Shown one piece after another: positions 51,596 through 61,520 of a stretch of 64,000 nt of DNA; position 1 is the stretch's first letter; each line of letters starts with the position of its first letter. This DNA comes from Candidatus Omnitrophota bacterium (GTDB taxonomy: Bacteria; Omnitrophota; Gorgyraeia; Zapsychrales; Fredricksoniimonadaceae). Below the pieces are notes generated by a model. That model was not told the DNA's origin. It saw only the letters and a program-made list of their open reading frames with translations, and did no database searches. Made by a program: the position numbers and the translations under genes. The stretch spans positions 75,364-139,363 of the forward strand of contig CAIOPG010000017.1 of the NCBI GenBank assembly GCA_903860135.1, written 5' to 3'.

Positions 51596-53113
51596 TTACC
51601 GCCCGGCCTCAACAGTCGCCGCCCCCAAGCGAGACGCTAGCGCTGGCGTGAAACTTCCCGGCAGGCATCGCCACAGCCAATTCCCATCCGTCGTGGACGG
51701 AGTATTCATGCGCCCCTCTTCCCCGATACCTAAAACATCCTGTAACGGGATCACGGCGAGCCGTGCCGGTGATCGCAGGGCCAGTCCTATCATGACGTCA
51801 TTGATCTCCTGCCAAGGCACCTCACGGCCGCAATAAGCCAGCATATGTTTTTTCTCAATCAACGAAATATCACGCGCATACCACCCGCGAATAGTGTTAT
51901 TGTCGTGCGTTCCCGTATAAACTACGCTAAGCGGTAAATAATTTTCGGGAATATCACGGCTTTTAGCCGGCTCTGTATGAAAAGCAAACAAAAGAACCTT
52001 CATGCCCGGCAGACCAAAACGCTCTTTAAGGGCATCCACATCCGGGGTAATAATACCCAGATCTTCCGCGATGATCGGAAGATCTGGAAACTCGCGTTGG
52101 AAAGCAGTAAAAAGCCCGACACCAGGAACATCGCACCAACTGCCGCGCACCGCCGTCGGCTCTGAAGCCGGTATTTCCCAACACTGGGCAAAGGCTCTGA
52201 AATGATCAATACGCACGAGATTGAAAAACGCAAGGTTATGCCGCAAACGCTTGATCCACCAGGCAAACCCGGTCTCGATATGATGCTCCCAGGCATATAC
52301 AGGATTCCCCCAGCGCTGGCCATCCCGGCTGAAATAATCCGGAGGAACACCAGCCACAAACGTCAATCGCCTGTTTTCATCAAGCTTGAACAATCCCGGT
52401 TCACGCCAGACATCAACACTGTCATAATTAACATAGATCGGGATGTCTCCAATTAGCCCGACACCACGCAGAGAAGCATACGCCTGAAGTGCCGTCCACT
52501 GGCGATAAAATAAAAACTGGTAGAACTTTTCCTGCCGTAACGCATCAGCCCCATCTGCAATCGCCGCTTTCAAATCCTTAGGGCAACGATCACGCAAGCC
52601 AACAGGCCAATCCGTCCAGCTAACATGACCAAAACGGCGTTTGAGTACAACGAAGAGCGCGTGATCATCCAGCCAATACGCCTGACTGTCACAAAAACCC
52701 GCGAACGCACGCCATAAAAACGATTGGTCGTTCAGTGCTTGATAGGCTAAAGACAGCATCTGCGCCTTTCGGGCATAGACCTCATCAAAAGCAACCGCCG
52801 CACTGCTAGGAACGCGGCAAGCACTCAACTCGGCAGAGGTAAGCAAGCCATCCTTGTGTAAATGATCAGGACTAATAAACAGCGGATTAAAAGCAAAAGC
52901 CGAGTATGTGCTGTACGGTGAATTCCCGAGCGCGGTATCGGTTGGATTGAGCGGTAGCACCTGCCAGTAGTGCTGATGCGCCTGATGCAACAAATCAACA
53001 AAAAGAAAAGCCTCTGGACCAAGGTCACCAATCCCGTACGGTGATGGCAAGGAGGATATATGGCATAACAACCCCGACGACCGATGATCCATCATGGTGG
53101 ATAAACCTCTCAT
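51596..53113 (-). CDS. malQ: 4-alpha-glucanotransferase
   Basis: WQVLPL, GDIPIYV, VPPDYFS..GQRWGNP, RIDHFR, AEDLG, TGTHDN. Confidence 0.95.
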   Translation of the reverse strand: MRGLSTMMDHRSSGLLCHISSLPSPYGIGDLGPEAFLFVDLLHQAHQHYWQVLPLNPTDTALGNSPYSTYSAFAFNPLFISPDHLHKDGLLTSAELSACRVPSSAAVAFDEVYARKAQMLSLAYQALNDQSFLWRAFAGFCDSQAYWLDDHALFVVLKRRFGHVSWTDWPVGLRDRCPKDLKAAIADGADALRQEKFYQFLFYRQWTALQAYASLRGVGLIGDIPIYVNYDSVDVWREPGLFKLDENRRLTFVAGVPPDYFSRDGQRWGNPVYAWEHHIETGFAWWIKRLRHNLAFFNLVRIDHFRAFAQCWEIPASEPTAVRGSWCDVPGVGLFTAFQREFPDLPIIAEDLGIITPDVDALKERFGLPGMKVLLFAFHTEPAKSRDIPENYLPLSVVYTGTHDNNTIRGWYARDISLIEKKHMLAYCGREVPWQEINDVMIGLALRSPARLAVIPLQDVLGIGEEGRMNTPSTTDGNWLWRCLPGSFTPALASRLGAATVEAGR

Positions 53114-54285
53114 TAAAAGAAATCAACGCAAAGATCTTTCATCTGCCGAATATTAAGTATATCCGTCGGACGGGAAAGATAATACCCCTGCACCGCATCG
53201 ATCCCCAAAGCGACGAGCATATCCATTTCTTCCTTGCACTCAACCTTTTCAGCGATCATCACACTATTGCTTCCCCTGCAAAAAGTAACGATAAATTTGA
53301 TCAAATCCTGCTTCAACGGCTCCAGATGCACATTGCGGACAATCGCAGCTGAGATTTTAATAACCTCAGGTTTCATGAGAGCTATGGATTTTAAACTTTC
53401 ATAACCGCCACCAGCGTCATCGACGGAAAGACTGAACCCAAGATTACGGTATTGACTCAAATGGCGTACAAAAACATGGTAATCACTGATGGCCGTGCGC
53501 CCTTTTATCTCTAGGATGATCTTGTTAAAAGGAATTTTATTCCGCGAAAAAACATCCATAATGGATTGAAACTTGGGATGTTGAATAAGATAAGGACTGC
53601 AATTGAAAAGGAACTGTTCATTCTTGGCGGCAACGGCTACAACATCAAGGGCCTTTTGCAGACAGATCATCTCCAGAGAATAATACATATCGTGATTGAT
53701 CGCGGCCTTAAACATTTCTTCCGTATTACTGAAGAACGACCCCGCCACTGGGCGGCTTAATATCTCAACCCCAAAAAAACGGAAAGGATTGAGATAATAT
53801 ACCGGCTGAAAATACGGCTTAATAAGCCCCTCATCGATGATCTTTGAAATCTCCCGGGCAACTTCACGCTGAGGATCTTTCTGAACACTCTTTGCCGAAC
53901 TGTTCCCGCGCCGCCACAGCACATCCATGCGCCCCAGCAACTCTTCTTTATCAACTTCTTGATGCAAGCAATCATCGGCACCGACACGATACCCCTTAAG
54001 GAACAAGGCAGACTGGGCATCTCCGGTCAGCATGATAATGGGGATATGTTGTGTCCGCGGATTTTTTCTTAGGCGACTGCATATCTCAGCCCCGCTACTG
54101 TCTGAAACCTCATCACCTACTAGGATCATATCCAATTCAAGAGCTTCAGCCTTCTGAATAACACCGTCAGAAGACACGGCCGTCAGCACATCTATCCCAT
54201 ATTCTTCCAAGACAAGACTTAGTTTTTTGATTTTTTCCACATCACCATCAACAAGAAGAACTTGTTTTTTTCCTATTTCAACCAT
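53113..54285 (-). CDS. Receiver-like + EAL domain protein
   Basis: REC fold at the N-terminus; FQPV, EILSR, VDDAG, IKI, AEKVE, QGYYLSRP. Confidence 0.85.
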   Translation of the reverse strand: MVEIGKKQVLLVDGDVEKIKKLSLVLEEYGIDVLTAVSSDGVIQKAEALELDMILVGDEVSDSSGAEICSRLRKNPRTQHIPIIMLTGDAQSALFLKGYRVGADDCLHQEVDKEELLGRMDVLWRRGNSSAKSVQKDPQREVAREISKIIDEGLIKPYFQPVYYLNPFRFFGVEILSRPVAGSFFSNTEEMFKAAINHDMYYSLEMICLQKALDVVAVAAKNEQFLFNCSPYLIQHPKFQSIMDVFSRNKIPFNKIILEIKGRTAISDYHVFVRHLSQYRNLGFSLSVDDAGGGYESLKSIALMKPEVIKISAAIVRNVHLEPLKQDLIKFIVTFCRGSNSVMIAEKVECKEEMDMLVALGIDAVQGYYLSRPTDILNIRQMKDLCVDFF

Positions 54286-54430
54286 AACAATACCTGCTCC
54301 TGAAGAAATGAACTCGGGTTCATCCCAAAATATCTTGCTTATCGAAAAATGCGGATTAAACGCTTAATATTATAATACTCTACTCCGTATTCCTAAATAA
54401 GAAAACAACTCTGAACGTTTTCTTTCCTAA

Positions 54431-54961
54431 TCAACTTTTTGCGCAATAGCTAAAATACAAGGATACGCCATTATCATTAGATCGTTCAGACCGCGACAAT
54501 TCCAAGAAACAGGATGGAATATGCGGGAAAAAAACATCACAATCAAAAACACCGTCAATATGTGTTAAATAAAGGCTCTGGCAAGCCGCGTGATGAACAG
54601 CCTCGGTGAAAACACGCGCACCTCCGATAACAAATACCCTGCCGAGATCACCCCTTGAAGCATCACAACAAATATCCAAGGCTTCCTGAAAAGAACCCGC
54701 CCTGTTAACACCCGGCGGCAAAATATAATGCGCATGGCTTGTTATGACAATATTGGTTCTGCCTGGCAGTGGCCGGAATTTTTCAGGAATAGACTCCCAG
54801 GTCTTGCGTCCCATGATTACGGCATTCGTCTTTCCAGGCACAGCATCCATCGTGACATCCCTGAAATGCCTGAGGTCCGCCGGAAGATGCCACGGCATAA
54901 CTCCGTCCTTGCCGATACCCTGCTCCCTGTCAAAAGCCACAATAATGGAGAAATCTTTCAT
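54431..54961 (-). CDS. folA: Dihydrofolate reductase
   Basis: IGKDGVMPWHLPADL, IMGRKTWESI, RPLPGR, VIGGA. Confidence 0.95.
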   Translation of the reverse strand: MKDFSIIVAFDREQGIGKDGVMPWHLPADLRHFRDVTMDAVPGKTNAVIMGRKTWESIPEKFRPLPGRTNIVITSHAHYILPPGVNRAGSFQEALDICCDASRGDLGRVFVIGGARVFTEAVHHAACQSLYLTHIDGVFDCDVFFPHIPSCFLELSRSERSNDNGVSLYFSYCAKS

Positions 54962-54964
54962 GCC

Positions 54965-55777
54965 TCACACCGCGATAGGAAATTTAATGAACGCATCATG
55001 CGCATAGCCTGACAACGTGATATCCTCAAAACCATATTCCAGAACTTTCTTGTCTGCCAATTCAAGGCTGGGCAATCGCTTGGGCACCCTGGTTAATTGT
55101 AACCTGAGTCCGTCGACATGATTAAGATAAATATGCGCGTCTCCGAGCGTATGCACGAAGAAACCTGGCGTAAGATGGCATTCCCGCGCAACCATACTTA
55201 ACAAGAGGGCGTAACTGGCAATATTAAAAGGCACCCCCAGGGCAATATCGGCAGAGCGTTGATATAACTGACAGTCCAGCCGGCCATTAACAACGTAAAA
55301 CTGAAAGAACGCATGGCACGGCGGCAGGGCCATACGTTCAACATCTGCCGGATTCCAAGCGGTAACGATCAAGCGGCGGGAATCCGGTGAATGCTTGATC
55401 ATTTCGATAACCTGGGTGATCTGGTCCAGGTGAGACTTGGCGTACCCTCCATGGCCATCCCCAACAAACTTCTCCCACTTGCGCCACTGATAGCCGTACA
55501 CAGGTCCAAGCTCACCGTGCGTATCCGCCCAGGCATTCCAGATAGGTGTGTGCGCCTTAAGACCGTCGTTTATATTTGTCGCCCCGCGTAAAAACCACAA
55601 CAGTTCATGGACAATGGCGTCAAAAAGGATCTTTTTGGTCGTGACAAGAGGGAAACCCTGCCGCAAATCATACCGTGACTGGTAGCCAAACACCGATAAA
55701 GTACCTGTTCCAGTACGGTCGGTCTTTTCTTCACCATGATCAAGAACATCCCGCACAAGGTCAAGATATTGCCGCAT
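54965..55777 (-). CDS. thyA: Thymidylate synthase
   Basis: [28 protein letters not shown]. Confidence 0.96.
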   Translation of the reverse strand: MRQYLDLVRDVLDHGEEKTDRTGTGTLSVFGYQSRYDLRQGFPLVTTKKILFDAIVHELLWFLRGATNINDGLKAHTPIWNAWADTHGELGPVYGYQWRKWEKFVGDGHGGYAKSHLDQITQVIEMIKHSPDSRRLIVTAWNPADVERMALPPCHAFFQFYVVNGRLDCQLYQRSADIALGVPFNIASYALLLSMVARECHLTPGFFVHTLGDAHIYLNHVDGLRLQLTRVPKRLPSLELADKKVLEYGFEDITLSGYAHDAFIKFPIAV

Positions 55778-55836
55778 ATAAAACCTCATCGATGTTGACA
55801 ATATTAGTTGATCTTACAATCTATAAAAGAATTACC

Positions 55837-56730
55837 TTATAACGACCCATCATCGCGCCCTGAAGTCAAAGAACGCCTGAAAAGAAAAGCGCACCATTCC
55901 TTCCCTTTGATAATCTTGACACATTCCAGCCCCGCAGACAAGCCATAAGCCTTTTTTACCAGCGGCATATTTTTCAACGCAATACCTGAAATGATCAGAT
56001 GCCCGCCAGGAGCAACACTGGCAACGATCTTCTGTCGAAATGCCACAAGATCATGGGTGATCAAATTGGCCGCCACAAGGTCGAATGTGCGTTGGAGCCC
56101 ATACTCTCCGACATCGCCTGCCTTAAGGACATCACAACGCAGGCTGTTGGCTTTCAAGTTCACACGGGCGGCCTTCACGGCACCCGCATCAATATCAAAG
56201 GCTTCCACATAACGGGCACCTGATCTAAAAGCCACGATGCTCAGGATGCCGGTACCTGTGCCAATATCAAGAAAACTTTTAAAAGTATCTGTCAACCCCT
56301 CGATAAGCCCTGCCGAGAATCGTGTGGTTTCGTGCAGACCTGTCCCAAAGGCTGACGTCGTTTCAAGATAAAGCGGCGTTTTCCCGGACGGACATTGGGC
56401 TTCGCTTAAAAAAAGAGGGATCACATAAATCCGGGGCGTCAACATGAAAGGTTTCCAGCCTTTTTTCCAGCGCGTTTCCCAATCAACTTGCCGGTGCATA
56501 CGGATGGAGATCGCGACCCCCTTTAATTTTAAAGCCCGTAAAGATCGTGCAAGCCGGCGGGCTGATGCGACCAAGGGAAAGAACACGGACATCTTCCGCC
56601 CCGCCCTCCCTTCTTCCGCGATAATATTTTCAGGCAGAACACCCAACAGGACAAGGCAGGCCTGTATCATTTCACGCGATGAGCCATCGTGTCCCGAGCG
56701 CAAACATACTTCATGGAGTATTTTCATCAT
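55837..56730 (-). CDS. prmA: Ribosomal protein L11 methyltransferase
   Basis: DWETRWK, AFGTGLHETT, LDIGTGTGILS, VAANL, IISGI. Confidence 0.85.
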   Translation of the reverse strand: MMKILHEVCLRSGHDGSSREMIQACLVLLGVLPENIIAEEGRAGRKMSVFFPLVASARRLARSLRALKLKGVAISIRMHRQVDWETRWKKGWKPFMLTPRIYVIPLFLSEAQCPSGKTPLYLETTSAFGTGLHETTRFSAGLIEGLTDTFKSFLDIGTGTGILSIVAFRSGARYVEAFDIDAGAVKAARVNLKANSLRCDVLKAGDVGEYGLQRTFDLVAANLITHDLVAFRQKIVASVAPGGHLIISGIALKNMPLVKKAYGLSAGLECVKIIKGKEWCAFLFRRSLTSGRDDGSL

Positions 56731-56777
56731 GCCCTTTTATTGAGAAAATAAAGATTACGGCTGTGGCTCCGACAACA

Positions 56778-56812
56778 AGAAAACCGCCGAAGATATTCTC
56801 CAACGGTTTTCT
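56778..56812 (-). terminator. Hairpin after gpmA
   Basis: AGAAAACCG...CGGTTTTCT. Confidence 0.6.
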
Positions 56813-56841
56813 TAAAAACGATCCGAAATATTCTTCCTGAT

Positions 56842-57594
56842 TCAGGCCTTCTTGCCCTGATTGGCAACCCCTGCAATTTTGGCCTGAATTTTCGCCTGAT
56901 CACCCAAATAATAATCCCTCACAAAGCCAAGATCCTTGTCCAGCTCAATGACCAGCGGGATCGCGGTCGGAATATTGACCTCAGCGATATCCGCATCACT
57001 GATACCTTTAATGTGTTTAACAAGTGCTCTCAAGGAATTACCGTGCGCGGCAATAATAACCTTACGCCCCTGGAGTATCTGCGGAACAATTTCAACAAAC
57101 CAGTAAGGCAACGCGCGCGCCACGCAATCTTTCAGGCACTCGGTCAATGGCAACTCTTCCGGAGCTATATCGGCATAGCGGGGATCCTTGCCGGGATACA
57201 TGGCATCATCGCGTGAAAGCGGCGGCGGCGGGACATCGTAACTGCGGCGCCACTGCTTGAATTTTTCTTCACCGTATTTCTTCAAGGTATCCGCCTTGTC
57301 AAGCCCTTGTAAAGCACCATAATGCCGCTCATTCAAACGCCAGTTCTTTCTGACGGGTATCCAGAGCAGGTCCATTTTATCAAGCGCAACGTTAAGTGTA
57401 TTGTTGGCACGGCGCAGCAGCGATGTGTAGGCAAGGTCAAAGGCATAGCCTTCTTTCTTCAGGACCGCCCCCGCTTCCTCGGCTTCAACGATGCCATTAG
57501 GGGCAAGGTCAACATCAACCCATCCGGTAAAGCGATTCTCTTTGTTCCATGTGCTTTCTCCATGACGCAACAAAACGATCTTATACGACGACAT
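56842..57594 (-). CDS. gpmA: 2,3-BPG-dependent phosphoglycerate mutase
   Basis: [28 protein letters not shown]. Confidence 0.96.
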   Translation of the reverse strand: MSSYKIVLLRHGESTWNKENRFTGWVDVDLAPNGIVEAEEAGAVLKKEGYAFDLAYTSLLRRANNTLNVALDKMDLLWIPVRKNWRLNERHYGALQGLDKADTLKKYGEEKFKQWRRSYDVPPPPLSRDDAMYPGKDPRYADIAPEELPLTECLKDCVARALPYWFVEIVPQILQGRKVIIAAHGNSLRALVKHIKGISDADIAEVNIPTAIPLVIELDKDLGFVRDYYLGDQAKIQAKIAGVANQGKKA

Positions 57595-57663
57595 GCGAAC
57601 GGTTCCTTTCATTAAAATTCAAAAATAATATTGGCACGGGAAAATAAAAACCAGGAAGGTCAA

Positions 57664-57858
57664 TCATTTTTTCGGCTTCAGCTTGCCATTCTTTGTCTGG
57701 TGATGATCGATCCACGCCGAAGCGTAATGATCAAACCAATCATTGGCCGCCGCCTCAAAACCGATGTCATACCCCATCATCTCGCTTTGAAGCCATTTAT
57801 GACGGTCGATCTCCTCAATCACCTCTTTATCCTGAAGCATCTTTTCGCGATCCATCAA
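57664..57858 (-). CDS. Small DUF4032-like protein
   Basis: EIDRHKWLQSE..GYDIGFEAAANDW; AAAGGA RBS. Confidence 0.7.
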   Translation of the reverse strand: MMDREKMLQDKEVIEEIDRHKWLQSEMMGYDIGFEAAANDWFDHYASAWIDHHQTKNGKLKPKK

Positions 57859-57997
57859 GGAGTTTCCTTTCAGTTATGTAACTAAAATTATTTTAAGACT
57901 GATAAGCCATACCGTCAAACAAAATCTTTTTCAATTTAATCCGCAAAACTATGCGACTTTTAAAGTTATAACCCGACACCATTAGAATGAAGAATGC

Positions 57998-59002
57998 CTA
58001 GATAACGATCATGGCATCTCCGTAACTGTAAAACCTGTACTTTTCACGGATAGCTTCCTGGTAAGCCCGGCGGACAAGGTCATACCCGCCAAAGGCCGCG
58101 ACGAGCATCAAAAGGGTACTGCAAGGAAGATGGAAATTGGTGATCAGAGCATCTGTCATTTTAAATGCTGAACCGGGATAAAGAAAAATAGCCGTCGACC
58201 CCTGCGCCTTCGCTGTACGCGCCAAAGTCTCGAGCGTGCGGCAACTGGTCGTCCCAACAGCCACAATCTTGCGCCCGCAGGCCTTAGCTTCCAAACAAGC
58301 ACTCACAGCCCTGGCGCTGATCGCATACTCTTCAGCATGCATGCGATGACGCGCGATATCCTGCGTCTCGACCGGTTTAAATGTCCCGTAGTTGACATGC
58401 AGTGTAACCTCATCAAAAAGATGCCCTTCGTTGATAAGAGAAGCCATAAGATCTTTCGTGAAATGAAGGCCCGCCGTCGGCGCGGCCACTGAACCGGAAT
58501 GTTTGGCATAAACCGTCTGATAATTGATCCGGTCAACAGCCTCATCCGGACGCTTGATATATGGCGGCAAAGGAATATGTCCAATCTTTTCGAGCTCAGC
58601 CAGCACATCATCCCGGTCAAACTCGACCACCCGCTCCGCCCGGTTCACTAATCTAGCCGTTATACCACCCGCAAAGACAAGAGTTTCGCCATCACGGATC
58701 TTCTTGAGAGGCCTCAACATGGCTTCAAAGCGACGCCCTCCGATAGCGCGCAACAAAAACACTTCCACCGCGCCGCCAGATGACTGCCGGTGCCCATTCA
58801 GCCTTGCTGGGATCACGCGTGTATTATTAACAATAATAAGACTTGACGGCGGGAGGTAACGTCCGACTTGACGGAACACATCATGGACAAAGGTCCCTTG
58901 TTGACGATCAACAACAAGCAACCGCGCATCATCGCGACACGAAGAAGGATGCTGGGCAACAAGCGCATCAGGAAGAAAATAATCAAAATCACTCAGTTGC
59001 AT
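57998..59002 (-). CDS. queA: SAM:tRNA ribosyltransferase-isomerase
   Basis: FDYFLP, PLPPYI, AAPTAGLHF, TNFHLP, YRFYSYGDAM. Confidence 0.96.
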   Translation of the reverse strand: MQLSDFDYFLPDALVAQHPSSCRDDARLLVVDRQQGTFVHDVFRQVGRYLPPSSLIIVNNTRVIPARLNGHRQSSGGAVEVFLLRAIGGRRFEAMLRPLKKIRDGETLVFAGGITARLVNRAERVVEFDRDDVLAELEKIGHIPLPPYIKRPDEAVDRINYQTVYAKHSGSVAAPTAGLHFTKDLMASLINEGHLFDEVTLHVNYGTFKPVETQDIARHRMHAEEYAISARAVSACLEAKACGRKIVAVGTTSCRTLETLARTAKAQGSTAIFLYPGSAFKMTDALITNFHLPCSTLLMLVAAFGGYDLVRRAYQEAIREKYRFYSYGDAMIVI

Positions 59003-59092
59003 ACCGGGCGGACACCCCATACGGATTGGTTACAAAGAAAACCCTTGCGACTTTCTCTCTTCGTCATAAAATATACATAGAAAGGCACTACT

Positions 59093-59449
59093 ATGCTATT
59101 GAATGATATCCTCAATAAATTGCGTCAATGGGACAAACGGTCAAATCAGTGGTTTTCAAAGAATTTCTCTGTTCTTCTTTTTGAAATTGTCCTGGTGGTA
59201 ATTTTTGTATTTTTCATTGATTATATGATGAATATTATCACTATCAGCGACCAAGTCAAAAAAGAAAGTGTTACTGAGCAAATCCTCATGTCACAAGCGG
59301 GACTGATGCTTCTCGTTGTGCTTCTTCTGCTATTCAACTCGTTCCTGATGCTGTATTTATTTAACAACATCCTGAGGATCAGCGGACTGCTCAAGAACCT
59401 TGATTACAATCTGGGGCGTCGCCAGGCACCGCGCGAAAGCGACATATAG
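59093..59449 (+). CDS. Hypothetical 2-TM membrane protein
   Basis: AAAGG RBS; two hydrophobic helices; fills the queA-ftsA gap. Confidence 0.7.
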   Translation: MLLNDILNKLRQWDKRSNQWFSKNFSVLLFEIVLVVIFVFFIDYMMNIITISDQVKKESVTEQILMSQAGLMLLVVLLLLFNSFLMLYLFNNILRISGLLKNLDYNLGRRQAPRESDI

Positions 59450-59481
59450 CGCGCATCTTTCAATAGATAGTATAATGCGGG

Positions 59482-60747
59482 TTAAAAATATTCATTGCTG
59501 ATCTCTATGGCTTTGTTGCGGGCGGCTGTCCACAGATCTTTGGGTTTTTGTGAATCAAGACGATAACGAAACATTTTTTTATACCCGGCCTCGGCGATGC
59601 TCGTTGATACACAGTAAACAGCTGCCGTATTTAATCCCGGAATATTGCGTCCGAGCGTCACAGGCATGCGCATTTCAAATTCCACGCGTTCCATCACCCC
59701 GGCCAGAAGAGCTCCGCCACCCACGACAACAATGCCCCCCTTGAGCTGTCCTTCATAACCAGATTCAGTGACTGCCGCACGCATATGCCCGATCAGCGTG
59801 TTGATGTCTGGTTCTACGGCCCTGGTGATCCTTGCCCGCTTCACAGGAACAAACACCTGTTCTTTCTTGACCAATATCTCTTCGCCTGCCCCGCGCCCCG
59901 CCTCTGGGGAAGTATCAGGTAATTCAACATAGCCGTAAGATTTTTTTATATCTTCCGCAAGAACAAACGGAATGTTAAGTTCTGCCGCAATGCGTTGCGT
60001 CAACAGTTCTCCGCCGACGGCAACCTTGCGAAAATGCTTCAAAAGCCCCTCTTTGAACACCAGGATCATCGTTGTCCGCGCACCAAAGTCAATGAACACA
60101 CACCCCTCGGTCCGGCGGCGTTTATCGAGCATGGCATCACTGGCAGCGACTCCATTGAAATGAATATCATTCACCTCAAAACCAGCCTGCTGAACCGCCT
60201 TGGTCAAATTCCGTAAACGTGTGATATTGGCCAAAACCAGCAGTGTCTCAACCTCCAGTTTGCGGCCATAAAGCCCGGCAGGATTAAAAGCAATATTCAC
60301 ATCGTCGATTTTGTACTGCTGGACAATATCTGTCAGAACTTCCTCTTCAAGCCTGACCCCCAGCATCCTGGCCTGGCCGCGGGCATAACGCAGATCTTTC
60401 TCGCTGACGATCTTGTTGCCGCGCTCGACCAAGGGAACCAAGGCCCGGCTTAAACGCATATCGACAAATTCACCGCCAAGCCCCAGATGAATGTCGCGCA
60501 CCTTTCGCTTGGTTCGGCGCGCGATCCCGTCAATGACGGCGCTAACGCACGATGAAAACTCACCGATATCATTGATCGAGGCTCCCGCAAGCCCCCGCGT
60601 TTCCACTTCATTGACAGCCTGCAACTCAAGCGTATCGGCATCCGCGACACGGCTTAAGCTTGCCTTGAGTTTATGGGTGCCGATATCCAGCCCGCAGTAA
60701 AACTGGTCGCCCAAAAACTGTGTCAAAAATCTACGTATGCCTTTCAT
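59482..60747 (-). CDS. ftsA: Cell division protein FtsA
   Basis: GLDIGTHK, IDFGARTT, AEDIKKSYG, VVGGGALL, C-terminal amphipathic helix ending EYF. Confidence 0.88.
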   Translation of the reverse strand: MKGIRRFLTQFLGDQFYCGLDIGTHKLKASLSRVADADTLELQAVNEVETRGLAGASINDIGEFSSCVSAVIDGIARRTKRKVRDIHLGLGGEFVDMRLSRALVPLVERGNKIVSEKDLRYARGQARMLGVRLEEEVLTDIVQQYKIDDVNIAFNPAGLYGRKLEVETLLVLANITRLRNLTKAVQQAGFEVNDIHFNGVAASDAMLDKRRRTEGCVFIDFGARTTMILVFKEGLLKHFRKVAVGGELLTQRIAAELNIPFVLAEDIKKSYGYVELPDTSPEAGRGAGEEILVKKEQVFVPVKRARITRAVEPDINTLIGHMRAAVTESGYEGQLKGGIVVVGGGALLAGVMERVEFEMRMPVTLGRNIPGLNTAAVYCVSTSIAEAGYKKMFRYRLDSQKPKDLWTAARNKAIEISNEYF

Positions 60748-61520
60748 TTCTTTACCTTCTTCTGCCCGATGACGGGCGCTCCAAAACGAAGATCAATGTA
60801 TTTCACCAGCGCAAGATCAAGCCCTCCCCGGACCATGACACCCGCCAACATCCTGAGCCCAGGCATGGCATTATCCTTGTCGATGATCACGTCAAAAAAT
60901 ATCGTTTCATCACGGCCGAGAAGGCACACAATACGCGCCGGATCATCGATCACAATAGAAACCAGCGCTATTGAAGAAAGTGCCTTGTCCGAATGAAACC
61001 GCTCGACTATGTCGAGGGCCGTATGCACGCGCTCATCCTCAAGCGGATTACCGGTAATAACTTTTTGCCGTGTCAGGCCCTTGATAACAGGCAAAGATCG
61101 CTGGTCTTCCTGGGGCGGCCCAATGATATAGCCCGCACGGTCAATGACACACGGATGACCGTCCATGGAAACCAAGGCAAACGGCTCCCTTTTGATCGCG
61201 CTCACAACCAGCTGATCCGGACAGCGGCGCATGACACGCAGGCGCGCCAGCTGGGGATATTTTACCCTTAGCCTCTCCTCAGCTTTCAGAAGGTCAACCG
61301 TAAAAATATTCTGCCCTTTTAATCTTGCCAGATCAGAGATCCCCAGCGGCTGGGCCTGCTCGTCAACAACAATATCCTTCACCGCAAAGAAAGACGATGT
61401 CATCAGAAGTGACCCCGCCGACATCACCACAAGAGCAACCCCCAGCAAAAAAATCAGGACCAGCCCCCCGAGACGAAGAAATTTGGGATCAAAGGGAGGT
61501 GTTTGTTTTTTTCTTGCCAT
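60744..61520 (-). CDS. ftsQ: FtsQ/DivIB
   Basis: TM, POTRA domain (GQNIFTVDL, RRCPDQLVV..REP), YIDLRF. Confidence 0.85.
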   Translation of the reverse strand: MARKKQTPPFDPKFLRLGGLVLIFLLGVALVVMSAGSLLMTSSFFAVKDIVVDEQAQPLGISDLARLKGQNIFTVDLLKAEERLRVKYPQLARLRVMRRCPDQLVVSAIKREPFALVSMDGHPCVIDRAGYIIGPPQEDQRSLPVIKGLTRQKVITGNPLEDERVHTALDIVERFHSDKALSSIALVSIVIDDPARIVCLLGRDETIFFDVIIDKDNAMPGLRMLAGVMVRGGLDLALVKYIDLRFGAPVIGQKKVKK

